From a virus: 64,000 nucleotides of DNA. The stretch is from positions 1 through 64,000 of IMG/VR virus record IMGVR_UViG_3300005613_000019; one strand, 5' to 3'. The translations under genes and the position numbers were made by a program. A model generated the notes under the pieces. It was not told where the DNA came from. It searched no databases and saw only the letters and a list, made by a program, of their open reading frames with translations. Each line of letters begins with the position of its first letter. Position 1 is the stretch's first letter. Below are positions 11,245 through 22,203 of the stretch, piece after piece.

Positions 11245-11985
11245 TTACCCTATCGTGTAGTCTGAACCGCCAATAGTGGCAGTCCCGCCACTATTGGCGG
11301 TATGTATCACATCTGCTAATTTGTCCATAGCATCTTCCTTAGAAATATTACCATTTAATTCAATATAGTCATTATTATAGTCTATAGCACTTTGTATAGT
11401 ATTCTCTAAACCTGACAAAATTCCAGACGGCTTCGTTACAGCAGTAGCTGATGGAAAGTAATCCGAAGGATTACTTTCCATCTCTGACCACCACGCCTCA
11501 ATACCATCTGACAATTTACCGGCAAAAGACCCATCTGAAGTAATACCAACCATAGCAGAAGACATAACAGATGTTAGAACACTTATATTAGTAGGACTAA
11601 GTTGAGAAACAATAGTATAATCTCCTACTAAAGTACTAACGGAAGACTGACCTAATAAATCGTCAGTTTCAATATAATTATCAGAAAAAAATGATGATAA
11701 AAATATTCCAGTCTCGTTAGTTAAATTACACATAATTGAAATACTAGTTCCGGTAGAATCTCCAGCCCCAGTAATAGTATTGACTCCAACCTTTAAGTAT
11801 GTTGCCATGTCGGTTATATAAGATGGATTATAAGAAGTAGTAGAATCTAAAGAAGACATCTGAAAATAAGAGGCCCACGTTTGAGACCACGTCAAGGCTA
11901 CATTAGCATCATAAGGCTCAACGTAATTTAAAGATATATTTACCAATAAAGACTTTAAAAGATTCTTTGTTAACAACGTAGACAT
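11245..11985 (-). CDS. hypothetical baseplate/spike-associated protein
   Basis: Translationally coupled to the spike gene (TAATG overlap at 11985). Confidence 0.5.
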   Translation of the reverse strand: MSTLLTKNLLKSLLVNISLNYVEPYDANVALTWSQTWASYFQMSSLDSTTSYNPSYITDMATYLKVGVNTITGAGDSTGTSISIMCNLTNETGIFLSSFFSDNYIETDDLLGQSSVSTLVGDYTIVSQLSPTNISVLTSVMSSAMVGITSDGSFAGKLSDGIEAWWSEMESNPSDYFPSATAVTKPSGILSGLENTIQSAIDYNNDYIELNGNISKEDAMDKLADVIHTANSGGTATIGGSDYTIG

Positions 11986-13370
11986 TATTCAGTAAACACC
12001 TTCGTAGACAGAACCAACTGAGTCTTTGCCGGAAGAAAATTAAGCCCATATTGAATCGCAAAATCCGCAGATGGTCCAGTAGGTCCAACTGCTGATGGGT
12101 GTGTATGAGCTAATAACGCCGACATTAAAAGATCAAATAATATTTTCCACTGATTCCCTTTTACTAACCCCTCAATCACACCATCTTTACCTAAATGAAC
12201 CAAAGCATCGCTTGACACAACGGTTTTAATAGAACTATCTAAAACCGAAGTAGTTTCAGAGCTTGCAGTAAAACCAGCCGTAGCACTTAAGTCCATAGTA
12301 GAATTTGAAGTTAAACTCAAACCTGTAGACGTTACATCAAAAGTACCAGTAGAAGTTATTTCAGTGCTTAAGTTACTAACCTCCCAGGATGCTAAAGGTG
12401 TTGACCATTTAAAAGAAGTAGCTATACTAGACTCCAGAGAATAATTACCTAAAGCATCTACAGTCTCTAGGTAGGTTTTTAAGTTATCTGTAGGGTCAGC
12501 AGCATTAGGTAAATAAAATATGTATCTAACAGGCCCGTTATCTCCCTGCAACAAGTCATACCCTGTAACGCCCGCTGTCGGGCTTAAATCATCAACCACG
12601 TCACCTATCGCAAAATAAGCTACACGCCCTCCAGGAGGGCGTGTAGCTTCTCCTGAGCCCCAGTTAATCTCTACAGTGTATTCTTGAGCTACAGTACTAA
12701 CCCTTGAAGGATTAGATACGTCTGCAGCTATCGTAATATAGCTCTCAGACGTATCTGTAGCTAAAGCTCTCCTCTTCACGGACCCGTACCTGGTCTGTGA
12801 AGAGGAGGCCGCGCCTACTAATAATGGTGAAGAAATGACAGTTTCTTGAGCTGTCTGGTCTAAGGTTATAGCACAATTTGAAGATGATAAATTAATTTTA
12901 TCACCTAAATAAAACATACAACCTCTACTAGATTTAAAATCCCAGTCACCTGGTTTTAGAGTCTTACCAGAAGCAGAACTCCACCCTATGCCTCCTTTAG
13001 ACTCTTTTGCTGAGTCAACAACTGTATAGCTAGTGTAATAAGAAGTAGAATATCCAAACAAATGAAAAGTACCATCAGTTCCATAAGCTCCGATCATAAC
13101 ATCCCCAACTTGAGGAATATACCTCCCCCAGCCTGCTGAAGTGTAATCACGATCTCTACGATTAACAGCGTCAGGAGGACAAGATAAGCCTAATAGCGGT
13201 ATGGTAGCAGTAGTACTTACTGATAGATTTAAAAAAGTAATGCTAACCGTACCCTTTTCAACATTGACATCGGTAACCTGTACTCTGTTTATTTTACTAT
13301 AAACAGATTCATCAAAGCCTTTTCTATTACCTAAAGACCCTGCGCTAGGTATATTAGCCCTGCTTCCCAT
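11985..13370 (-). CDS. central baseplate spike (gpV/gp5/gp138-like)
   Basis: N-terminal OB-fold motif 'VTDVNVEKGTVSI...YIPQVGD', beta-helix Ser/Thr region, and C-terminal H-x-H metal site 'AHTHP...GPT'. Confidence 0.8.
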   Translation of the reverse strand: MGSRANIPSAGSLGNRKGFDESVYSKINRVQVTDVNVEKGTVSITFLNLSVSTTATIPLLGLSCPPDAVNRRDRDYTSAGWGRYIPQVGDVMIGAYGTDGTFHLFGYSTSYYTSYTVVDSAKESKGGIGWSSASGKTLKPGDWDFKSSRGCMFYLGDKINLSSSNCAITLDQTAQETVISSPLLVGAASSSQTRYGSVKRRALATDTSESYITIAADVSNPSRVSTVAQEYTVEINWGSGEATRPPGGRVAYFAIGDVVDDLSPTAGVTGYDLLQGDNGPVRYIFYLPNAADPTDNLKTYLETVDALGNYSLESSIATSFKWSTPLASWEVSNLSTEITSTGTFDVTSTGLSLTSNSTMDLSATAGFTASSETTSVLDSSIKTVVSSDALVHLGKDGVIEGLVKGNQWKILFDLLMSALLAHTHPSAVGPTGPSADFAIQYGLNFLPAKTQLVLSTKVFTE

Positions 13371-16207
13371 TATTTATCCCCACCCTGTCTATTAGTATCT
13401 TTTTTAGATCTAGACATCATATTAACCCAATTAAAGCTCTTCTCGTTATCACCAAAATGATGAAACACCGGCTCACCCCAAGGTCTAATTAGACCAGACC
13501 ATCCTCTAACCTGATTCAAGTTAATAGAGGTTGAAACATCGTTATTCCATGAGATATTATGCGAACAGCTTACGATGTTCGCATAATAATTTCTATATCT
13601 CCAAAATATCGGCCTATTAACCATTAAACCAAATTTTGGAATTGTCTCCAATCCTATATTTCTAGCTTCTGAATTTATCTGTTTTAGTTTCAAAGCTGAC
13701 AAAAGCCTACCTTCGGAGGGGGTGTCAACATAAGATTCAACCGCTCCGTCCATAAGCCTAAATCCTAAAGTTGGAATTAAAGTTTTATCCACGGCATAGA
13801 CAAACTGTTGAGCAGAGTCTACATCGCCACCTAACCACAAATTCATATTATGAGGCTTAACCCTATACACGGTTAATAATCCTTTATCAGAATTTGTATT
13901 ACTATAACTTAGCTGCTCATCAATACCTACAGAGAAATGATCTCTATATTTAAAAACAGGTCTATTCAAAAAATCTATAAGGTCTTGGTCATCTGTGTTC
14001 AATTCCAAGACGAGCTGAGTTAAATCTTCAGCTTCAGCATAACTTCCAGAATACTTCTGAGCAAACACTTTTTCATATGTTTCTAGTTTCTCATATGGCG
14101 TTAACTCAGAATTACTAGAATCACCCGATAAAGTTGTTCCAGGACTAAAGAACTCCGACGGGTCATGATCATACAGAGGGTGTTCAAAAACAAAATCACC
14201 ACGAGGAGTAGCATAAAATCTCCACTCAATAGCCTGAGCCATATCATATAATAAAGAGAGCCTATCCTTAAATACAGAATGGTAGTTGCTTACACCGCCA
14301 AACCCTCTACTCATAATTCCACCCTCATCAAACTCAATTAAGCGAGCAGGGGCTAGATAAAATACCCTACCATGACCTACTGGATAATTCTTGAGATCTT
14401 TCCCTATTAAGTCTACAATTTGCTCCGTATTAAAATTAGACGCCTTAGCTAAAGCTGAGTTATTTATATTATCAGGATTAGATCTCTCAGCTTGGGTATT
14501 CCTATTCGTAGCTGACGGATCATATTTCATAGTCTCTAGGTCAGACTCTCTTACCCTATGATGTAGGATTTCATTCCATTGCCAAAAGTTGTCTAGTTTA
14601 ATAGCACCCAAACTTAAATCATACTCGTCAGGCTCACCGTAAACATAAAATCCTACCCCAAACCTGTCAGAATTCCTCTTAAATGGAATATCACCGGGCG
14701 AAGTCATGGCCTGCCAACCTATATTCTTAATACTCTTATACGTAGCGGTTATAGTCTCATTAAATTCAACGTTAGAATATTCCTTAAGTTTTGAAACTAT
14801 CGTCTCATAAGTGTTCTCAACATCGTTATTTTGATAAATAGTATCCTGTATCTGCTCAGCCGATAATCCGAACTTATCCAAATAAAGCATCAAAGCTTCT
14901 TCATTGGATATTTGAACATAAGAATAGTCTGAGTCTTGCTGCTCATCCTTAGACGGGTCGCCCTCTACACTTATGTTTCCAGTATAATATTTCTTATTTA
15001 ATTTTGAAAACTCAAGACCTGGAAATCTAGCTGCGATTGAAACCTTAGAAGCTGAATCAGCGCCGAAAAAGTTAAGTTCAAGAACTTCAGCGACTCTTAA
15101 ACCTGAAAAAATCTCCTTAGTCAGCCTTAAATTACTTTGTTCAGACGGAGCAGAACCAACGTCATTAATAGACTTAAATAACTTCTCGATATTAGCATCA
15201 ACAAGCCCTGTTCTTACCTGAGATACAGTATACCTAGCCGTTTTAGAAACATCCGTGCAAGTAATATTAAGTACAGAATCTAGGTTAACACCCATATCTT
15301 CCGTCCACGTATCCATAAACCCCGTAAACATCCAATACCAAACACGAGGATCAAACGGATCTCTGAAGGCTACCCTTACAGGATCATTCAAATTGAATAT
15401 ACAATCACCCTCTTGAAACGGATAATTAAACACTGTCCCCTCTTGGGCATTAACAACTTTGATAACCTCCCCATATTCAGGCGGTTCCATGTATTGGCTA
15501 TTACCGTCTCCTAAAATCTTACTTCTTGCAACTTCATCTTTTATTGAGTAGTTTAAATCATCCTCACCTAACTCACCTAATACAAAATCCTTAGATCCAA
15601 ACTCAAGTAAACTTCCATTAGGAACATCTATTTTAGCGTTAGTTATGACTGAAGCTATAGCCTCAGCGTCAGCTAAAGAATTTATAGTAATTCCCTCAGC
15701 TTCTAATAAATATCTTACCTCATCATCGGTTGAAGTTGCTAAACGCAACTTCAACTCACTGAACTTATCACCGCTCATTGAACTCAAATATGTAGAAACT
15801 TGACCTGATAAATTCTGATCTAGCCCTGAACCTAATTCAAACGGATTTCCTGCATAAGGATTAGTATACTCATACCCAAAGTTACTTGGATCATAGGACT
15901 TTAAATACTCACTAGGAGTCTGAACAGTAATACCACTCTTACCACGATCTATAGATGCTTTCCACGACCCTATAATAACCATGTTTTTATGGGTTAATGT
16001 ATATTTCTCTCTTGGGTTAGCTAAAGTAATTGCACAAGTACTAGGCGATCTTTCTAAGCTACCACCGGACTGATTAACTCTAACTGAGATAACATCGCCG
16101 CTTATATCATACCCGTAAATAAATACTTTAAAAGCAGGGAAAGCGGCCCGGTATCTAGTATCTATAGATATTTCATCAATATTTTTTAGAACATCAGTGT
16201 AAGCCAT
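13370..16207 (-). CDS. baseplate hub protein (gp27/gpD-like) with large insertions
   Basis: Motifs 'DISGDVISVRVN', 'FTGFMDT...ITCTD', 'FYATPRGDFVF', 'IVSCSHNISW'; position before the spike. Confidence 0.75.
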   Translation of the reverse strand: MAYTDVLKNIDEISIDTRYRAAFPAFKVFIYGYDISGDVISVRVNQSGGSLERSPSTCAITLANPREKYTLTHKNMVIIGSWKASIDRGKSGITVQTPSEYLKSYDPSNFGYEYTNPYAGNPFELGSGLDQNLSGQVSTYLSSMSGDKFSELKLRLATSTDDEVRYLLEAEGITINSLADAEAIASVITNAKIDVPNGSLLEFGSKDFVLGELGEDDLNYSIKDEVARSKILGDGNSQYMEPPEYGEVIKVVNAQEGTVFNYPFQEGDCIFNLNDPVRVAFRDPFDPRVWYWMFTGFMDTWTEDMGVNLDSVLNITCTDVSKTARYTVSQVRTGLVDANIEKLFKSINDVGSAPSEQSNLRLTKEIFSGLRVAEVLELNFFGADSASKVSIAARFPGLEFSKLNKKYYTGNISVEGDPSKDEQQDSDYSYVQISNEEALMLYLDKFGLSAEQIQDTIYQNNDVENTYETIVSKLKEYSNVEFNETITATYKSIKNIGWQAMTSPGDIPFKRNSDRFGVGFYVYGEPDEYDLSLGAIKLDNFWQWNEILHHRVRESDLETMKYDPSATNRNTQAERSNPDNINNSALAKASNFNTEQIVDLIGKDLKNYPVGHGRVFYLAPARLIEFDEGGIMSRGFGGVSNYHSVFKDRLSLLYDMAQAIEWRFYATPRGDFVFEHPLYDHDPSEFFSPGTTLSGDSSNSELTPYEKLETYEKVFAQKYSGSYAEAEDLTQLVLELNTDDQDLIDFLNRPVFKYRDHFSVGIDEQLSYSNTNSDKGLLTVYRVKPHNMNLWLGGDVDSAQQFVYAVDKTLIPTLGFRLMDGAVESYVDTPSEGRLLSALKLKQINSEARNIGLETIPKFGLMVNRPIFWRYRNYYANIVSCSHNISWNNDVSTSINLNQVRGWSGLIRPWGEPVFHHFGDNEKSFNWVNMMSRSKKDTNRQGGDK

Positions 16208-16219
16208 AAAATCCCCTAC

Positions 16220-17005
16220 TTATGAAAAATTCTTACCAAGTGGGTTAGTAAATAAATTTCTAAGATTGTTTACTATGTTAGGATATAAATAATCCATAGA
16301 AGGCTTAGACGCTAAAGCTGTAAATCCAAACGAATAACTAATATTATAAGGATTGTTAGCAACCTCAGAAAAATCCAAAACCTTATTAAAATGACCAATT
16401 AAAGTTATATAACTATTTCCTAATAAAGGACTTGCATAAGAAATATAATAATACACAGGCTGTCCAGTTTTAGGATCTACTACAGGCTCCCTAGTAATTG
16501 AATATAAATTCCAAAATGACGCTAATTTAGCAGCTCCTGAAACAGCATAATCAGATCCTTGCAACATAACCCTCAAATCCTCGTTCTCTACTTGAGTAGT
16601 ACCATCCGATACCCTATTCAACCACTCTATAGGACCCCTACCTTGAATTTGAGACCTAAACTGACCATATATACCATTCATTACAGTAGCCGTCTTTATA
16701 TTAATATTACCCGTTTGCCCCGAAAAGTTAACATCTAATACGTCATTGTTTCTTCCAGACCTGTTAGACCAATGATAAAATACAGCACCACTCTGTGTGT
16801 CTTTTCTAGTTATTCTTTTGGCTTGAGTAAATGCTACAGTATTAGGATTTACACGCATGGATACACCGTGTATACCTAACCTCTTCCTGTAGGAAGAGGT
16901 TAGGTATAATGGAACCCTCAAAGACTTATCTTCATAAGGGTTAAAAGACTTCTCTATTACTTTAGAAAAATCAGAAATTAAATTACTTGATTCTGTTACA
17001 GCCAT
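16220..17005 (-). CDS. tail tube initiator/baseplate protein
   Basis: Motifs 'VNPNTV...KRITRKDT', 'FSGQTG', 'GHFN...FSE...PYNISYSFGF'; lies between tape measure and hub. Confidence 0.65.
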   Translation of the reverse strand: MAVTESSNLISDFSKVIEKSFNPYEDKSLRVPLYLTSSYRKRLGIHGVSMRVNPNTVAFTQAKRITRKDTQSGAVFYHWSNRSGRNNDVLDVNFSGQTGNINIKTATVMNGIYGQFRSQIQGRGPIEWLNRVSDGTTQVENEDLRVMLQGSDYAVSGAAKLASFWNLYSITREPVVDPKTGQPVYYYISYASPLLGNSYITLIGHFNKVLDFSEVANNPYNISYSFGFTALASKPSMDYLYPNIVNNLRNLFTNPLGKNFS

Positions 17006-17008
17006 TGG

Positions 17009-19798
17009 TTATCCTTCATTAGCCCCGTAAAAAGCAGAACTATCTGCTACCTCTGTTTTCTGTTTATCACCCGTTAAAGGATCTATTCCTGGATGCTTCT
17101 TCTCAAAAGATTTAATAAACTTAGTATCTAAGGACTTAGCTTCGGGAGCCTCTTCACCATTTTTATGATAAAATCTTGTAATTCTCCCCTTTTTAGTTAT
17201 TATATTTTTAATATTTTTACGCTCTTGAGCCATGGGCGGTATAGCTTTAGCCTTCTCACCGTAGCCTTTACCACCAGTATAATGTAAAAAATGAGTAGCA
17301 TTACCTACTGGGTTTTTTACCTTGCCTTGCAATATATCCCTAGCAAAATCAAGCATATCTTTACTTACGGAACGTCCTTTATTAATGTTAGGATCATCAG
17401 ATCCTACACTAGTTCCGTAAGCCCTCTTACCGCCCTGCTTACCGAAGCCATGACCGCCAGTTATCACTTCATTTAAATTTTTACCATAACCCTTCTCTTT
17501 AACCCTATTCAATGCCGTAAAAGCAACACCTGCTATTTCTGCTCTTCCCTTTTGAGTGTTTAAGGAAGCACTACCAACCTCTGACTCAAGCATGGTAGCC
17601 ATAACCCTCTCTTCTTCAGTATAATCTCCACCCTCTACCCCACCAAAAGTTAAATTACAATTAGGACAATGACCCTTTAAAGATAAATTTAAATTACCCT
17701 GTTCATCAACCCCGTCAGTAATAATAGCAAGAGAGTGATTAACATAAGCAGACGCACCTTCAACAGTAGGATACTGCGACATATCACCACTCACAGCAGA
17801 TGCGTAAGTAGATGAGGTTCCAAAACCATTAGGATCATCCCACTCCGCTTGATCGTAGTCTGGAGGAACAGACTGTTCTGGATAAGGTAGGTATACAACA
17901 GACTGAGGAGCACTTAGGCTAGCTCCTGTAAAATTAGCCGTAGGGACGTTCCTCTTAGGAAGTTCCCAAGATTCTCCGAAAACAGCCTTACCTAAATTAG
18001 TAAAAGTATCCTTTAGTCCCGATGAACTCATAAAACCTTCACCGGCTCTACCTAGCGTATCAAAAGACGACAAAGCCCTATCAATATGTTTATCAAAAGA
18101 TTGATACTTCATTACCCCTTTTATAATCTTTTCATTCTCCTTAGACCCACCAGGAGTAAGCATATTACCCATTAGCGAGGGCAAAGATCTAAAAAACGCT
18201 ATGGTAACGGCTAACGAATCACCCAAAATACCTAAAATACTGACCCCTAAACCATGTATACCTTTCATCCATTCATTATAATGAAGCTGGAAGTCTGTTA
18301 ATTTCTTTTGTTCAGTTTCAAGAGACTTAGCAACTTGCCCCTGAAACTCAGTAACTTTAGCATCTAGATCTTTTATTCTGTTTACGTCGCCTGAAGCTTG
18401 AGCCTGAATCATAGCTAAAATTAGCCTAGCCCCTCCTTTACCAAAACCTGGACCTTTTTCTAAAAATACTCTAGCCCTGTCGGTATCACCGTCAAACTTA
18501 TCTAATATCTTTTTTCCTATATTTATAACGTCATCTTTAAATCTTTCCTTAGATCCTTCAGACAACTTCATCATATCATCAACAAACTTGTTCCTAGCTG
18601 AAAGACCTTTACCATAGCCAGCATATTCAGCAGCAACAACTTCCCACTCAGTAGACATACCCTTCATACCCTGAGCAATTTGTTGAACACCTTCACCTAC
18701 GGACCTTACAGCTAAGTGCTTGGGTACTCCAATTTCCTTCCAGCGTTCAGATAATGTATAAGTTAAATCAACAATATCCGTAATTCTATATCCCATAGAC
18801 TCCAAAGAATCCGTGGCTTGGCTTATATATTCTAAAAACTTTAAAGATCCTACACCCTCTTCCCCAGACCCAGCAGACAACATACGAGTTAACGCATCTG
18901 AAGATTCAGAAATAGAAATTCCCAATTTATTTGAAAACTCAATAGACTTATCCGCCATGGTTCCAGAAGCTAACTCAAATAACTTATCCAGTGCTAGCGA
19001 ATATGTTACAGCATTTTGACCAACTTCACCTAATGCTGGGTTTATATGAGTTAAAATAGTTTCTGATACTTTTCTACCAGCCTGAGTAAAAGCATTTTGT
19101 ATTTTAAATACTTCAGCCTCACCTATACCGTAAAACTTTTGCATACGCTCAGCATATGCACCTAACCACTGAGATGACGTTTCAACTACACCACGCATGG
19201 CTGAATCAGCTGAAGCTACGATAACATTCTTAGCCTTCCCAGCTTGGGCAGCTAATCTCTGCTCCTCTGTTACTCCGAAAACCATAGCCATTATTGTACC
19301 TGCTGCAAAACCTGTTTTAGGATTAGGTATCCTTAGTTTAGTCAAAGCAGATGTAGTTAATTTTCCTACTGACTTAAACTCAGCACCGGCAATAGACTTA
19401 GCTGACTCAAAATATTTATTAGGTTTTTGTTTACGCTTATAAAATTTCTTATCTAAATTTTTATAAAGATCTTCAAACTTAGCAGATATTGAGTCAAACG
19501 AGGATATTGACGATACTGAACTAGAATTAACATTCTCTAAACCAGCTAATACTTTGGTAGATAAATCCCTCATCTTAGAAAATTTATCTAAACCTTTAGA
19601 AGCAGCATCCAACTTGTTGGATGCTGCTTCTATTCCTAATACATCTAAAGATTCTTTAACAGACTTTGAAGCCTCTACAAGAGACTCATTCAAACTCTTG
19701 AAATATTCAGAGTTAGATTCAGATAGGTCTGTTAAAGACCTTTCAAAATCTGAAAATTGAATCCGAATATTATCTAAAGCTTGTAAGTCTATGAACAT
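17009..19798 (-). CDS. tape-measure-like protein 2 with C-terminal SleB/Hydrolase_2-type peptidoglycan hydrolase
   Basis: Long helical N-terminal region. C-terminal 'MATMLESEVG...EIAGVAFTALNRV...NLNEVI...NPVGNATHF' matches the Hydrolase_2 pattern with a catalytic Glu. Confidence 0.75.
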   Translation of the reverse strand: MFIDLQALDNIRIQFSDFERSLTDLSESNSEYFKSLNESLVEASKSVKESLDVLGIEAASNKLDAASKGLDKFSKMRDLSTKVLAGLENVNSSSVSSISSFDSISAKFEDLYKNLDKKFYKRKQKPNKYFESAKSIAGAEFKSVGKLTTSALTKLRIPNPKTGFAAGTIMAMVFGVTEEQRLAAQAGKAKNVIVASADSAMRGVVETSSQWLGAYAERMQKFYGIGEAEVFKIQNAFTQAGRKVSETILTHINPALGEVGQNAVTYSLALDKLFELASGTMADKSIEFSNKLGISISESSDALTRMLSAGSGEEGVGSLKFLEYISQATDSLESMGYRITDIVDLTYTLSERWKEIGVPKHLAVRSVGEGVQQIAQGMKGMSTEWEVVAAEYAGYGKGLSARNKFVDDMMKLSEGSKERFKDDVINIGKKILDKFDGDTDRARVFLEKGPGFGKGGARLILAMIQAQASGDVNRIKDLDAKVTEFQGQVAKSLETEQKKLTDFQLHYNEWMKGIHGLGVSILGILGDSLAVTIAFFRSLPSLMGNMLTPGGSKENEKIIKGVMKYQSFDKHIDRALSSFDTLGRAGEGFMSSSGLKDTFTNLGKAVFGESWELPKRNVPTANFTGASLSAPQSVVYLPYPEQSVPPDYDQAEWDDPNGFGTSSTYASAVSGDMSQYPTVEGASAYVNHSLAIITDGVDEQGNLNLSLKGHCPNCNLTFGGVEGGDYTEEERVMATMLESEVGSASLNTQKGRAEIAGVAFTALNRVKEKGYGKNLNEVITGGHGFGKQGGKRAYGTSVGSDDPNINKGRSVSKDMLDFARDILQGKVKNPVGNATHFLHYTGGKGYGEKAKAIPPMAQERKNIKNIITKKGRITRFYHKNGEEAPEAKSLDTKFIKSFEKKHPGIDPLTGDKQKTEVADSSAFYGANEG

Positions 19799-19809
19799 AA
19801 ATTAACCTT

Positions 19810-22203
19810 TTACTTCTGTAGACCTTCGTTCCACACTGACATCATGACGTTAAAGTCACCTTGATATATTTTACCATTAACACTCACAGATTGAAGGGTA
19901 GATTGATTGTTATTACCTCCCCCCGTTAATAATTTCCCATTACTACCCGGTCTACCATTTAAAGTACTAGAGGATCCTTTAGCATTAGCATTTCGAAACT
20001 GAGCATCAGTCTCGTCCCTATAAGCCGCAAATTGTTTCTGAAGAGCCTCATAAGTCTTATCATTAACTAAACCTATATTTTTACCAAGATCAACTACACC
20101 CTCCCCCATAGACTGACCTAGATCTCTTACAGCCATCCACAAAACACCTTGATTCTCTTCCAAAAACTCTATAGATTCTCCGAGCTGTTTCCAAATATTT
20201 CCAGGATCAAACTTAGCAGCAGCTTTTATATTCTCAAAAATTTCCCCTAACACGGCAGCAGCTCCAGATTTTAAAGCCTCATACATATCCCCCAGTCCCT
20301 CCTTTATATCCTCAACACCCTTCACTATACCACCCATCTGTCTAGCATAACCAGCATCAATGGCAGAAAATAGCGCCTTGGAACCCTCCGGGTCAGTAGC
20401 CATCATACCGTAAGCTTGAAACGTATCAGGTATACTTTTAAATCCAACGATTAGAGTCCCTAAAATTCCTCCAGCAATTTTCAAAAGACCTTGCCCTAGT
20501 TTAGCCATACCCTTAACTAGCTCATACTGAACTTTTTGAAGATCAGTAAGCTGCTGACCCTCAGTTTTAAAAGCATTCATAAACTCATGCACTTCTTTAG
20601 GGTCTACCCTACCACCCCTTCTTATTTCCTCAATTTTTGGAATAGCTTCTAAAATCATTTTAGCCTGTTGAGGAGTAAATCCTAATTGGGCCTGCAAGGC
20701 ATACCGCTGTTGATCAACATCACCTACGTTAGAAACAATATCCCTAGACCATTGAAGCATCTCTATCATTAAGTTCTGCTGCTCCTCAGGCTTACCCTCT
20801 ATAAAAATATCTTGCATCTTATGTCTAGCTTTAAGACCCTGAGCACCTTGCTTTGAGAAAACACGCTCACCTAAACTTACCTCTGCCCATAAAGGCATAT
20901 TTGCAAAACCTGAGGCAAGTCCAGTAGTAACATTAGCGGCCATAGCCCCAGCCTTGGCAGGGTCTACCCCCATCTGCTTATATTGTTCCTGAATACCTCT
21001 AAGGACCTCTGAAACATCCTCTGCATCAATCTGATACTGGACTAACGCAGCCGATCCCGAATGAACAGAACTTATAAATCTCTGGATATTCATGCCAGAC
21101 TGCTGCGCTGCCAAGCCAACCTGTACTGTTTTTTCAGCAGCCGTATCTAAAGAATAACCATAGTTCTCTACCATTTGAGTAGCGTTCTGCATGGTAGATC
21201 CGGAAGCTAAATTTAAAAACTTATCTAAAGCTAAAGTTGAGGTTAACGCATTATTAGTTACATCATAAAAGTTTTTGCCGTTCTTAGTTAAAGTATCATC
21301 TATCTTGATACCTAAGTTAGCAACTTGAGATACAATACCTTGTATCTCTTTTCGAGGTATAGCCATTTTCTTTTGAGCTTCTTCAGCAAAAGCAGCCATC
21401 CAGCTAATGCCCTTTTTAACTCCTACCTCAGTAATACCTCCAGCAGCCTCTGCAGCGTTTAACATCTCACCTCGCTCAGCCCCTAAACGTTGCTCAAACT
21501 GCACTCCTCCAACTATCATACCTATTAATGAGGAAAACAACCCACCTTTACTAAGCATACCTACTAAGTTACCAACTCCAGCACTATTAGCAATACCCAA
21601 CAATGACTTTTTAGCACCTACACCCTCAGCCTTAAGCCTTTCCTTTATTTTCTCAGCTAAAGATACAGACTGTTCCTCTACTTCTCCACCTATCTTTTCT
21701 GCCTTTTCAAGCGCCTTGTTAGCAGTAGTATTAGCTGCCTCAACTTTCTTTAAAATATCCTTTAATTGATCTTTAGTACTATCTACACCAGCTGAAGCTA
21801 AATCAGCTCCAGGAGCTACTGCAGCTATTCTCTCAGCTGCAGTACTGCCGCTTTTTGCACTTTCAGATACTTTAGAAAAATCGACCTGCTCTAGTTTTTT
21901 AATGTTCCTTACAATACCGCTAGATGCCCTGCTTAGCCTAGTAAAACTAGCAAAACTAGCAGAAATATTCTCTACCTTACTCACTACGCCAGAAGCAAAT
22001 GAATCAATAGATCTTAAAGTTGTAGATAATTTATTAGCAAGTGCGTCTGTCCTTTCATGAAGGACAGACATTTGACGATCAGCTACTTGAATTGTTTTAC
22101 CAATAGACTGAGATAACGAGTCATAAGACGAACGCAGTTCGTCTATATTTCTCGTTATCTCAGATAAGTCAAAGCTTAATAGATATTGTTCTGTATCCGC
22201 CAT
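19810..22203 (-). CDS. tape measure protein 1
   Basis: 797 aa, Ala/Gly-rich and helical, directly after the frameshifted chaperone pair. Confidence 0.75.
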   Translation of the reverse strand: MADTEQYLLSFDLSEITRNIDELRSSYDSLSQSIGKTIQVADRQMSVLHERTDALANKLSTTLRSIDSFASGVVSKVENISASFASFTRLSRASSGIVRNIKKLEQVDFSKVSESAKSGSTAAERIAAVAPGADLASAGVDSTKDQLKDILKKVEAANTTANKALEKAEKIGGEVEEQSVSLAEKIKERLKAEGVGAKKSLLGIANSAGVGNLVGMLSKGGLFSSLIGMIVGGVQFEQRLGAERGEMLNAAEAAGGITEVGVKKGISWMAAFAEEAQKKMAIPRKEIQGIVSQVANLGIKIDDTLTKNGKNFYDVTNNALTSTLALDKFLNLASGSTMQNATQMVENYGYSLDTAAEKTVQVGLAAQQSGMNIQRFISSVHSGSAALVQYQIDAEDVSEVLRGIQEQYKQMGVDPAKAGAMAANVTTGLASGFANMPLWAEVSLGERVFSKQGAQGLKARHKMQDIFIEGKPEEQQNLMIEMLQWSRDIVSNVGDVDQQRYALQAQLGFTPQQAKMILEAIPKIEEIRRGGRVDPKEVHEFMNAFKTEGQQLTDLQKVQYELVKGMAKLGQGLLKIAGGILGTLIVGFKSIPDTFQAYGMMATDPEGSKALFSAIDAGYARQMGGIVKGVEDIKEGLGDMYEALKSGAAAVLGEIFENIKAAAKFDPGNIWKQLGESIEFLEENQGVLWMAVRDLGQSMGEGVVDLGKNIGLVNDKTYEALQKQFAAYRDETDAQFRNANAKGSSSTLNGRPGSNGKLLTGGGNNNQSTLQSVSVNGKIYQGDFNVMMSVWNEGLQK

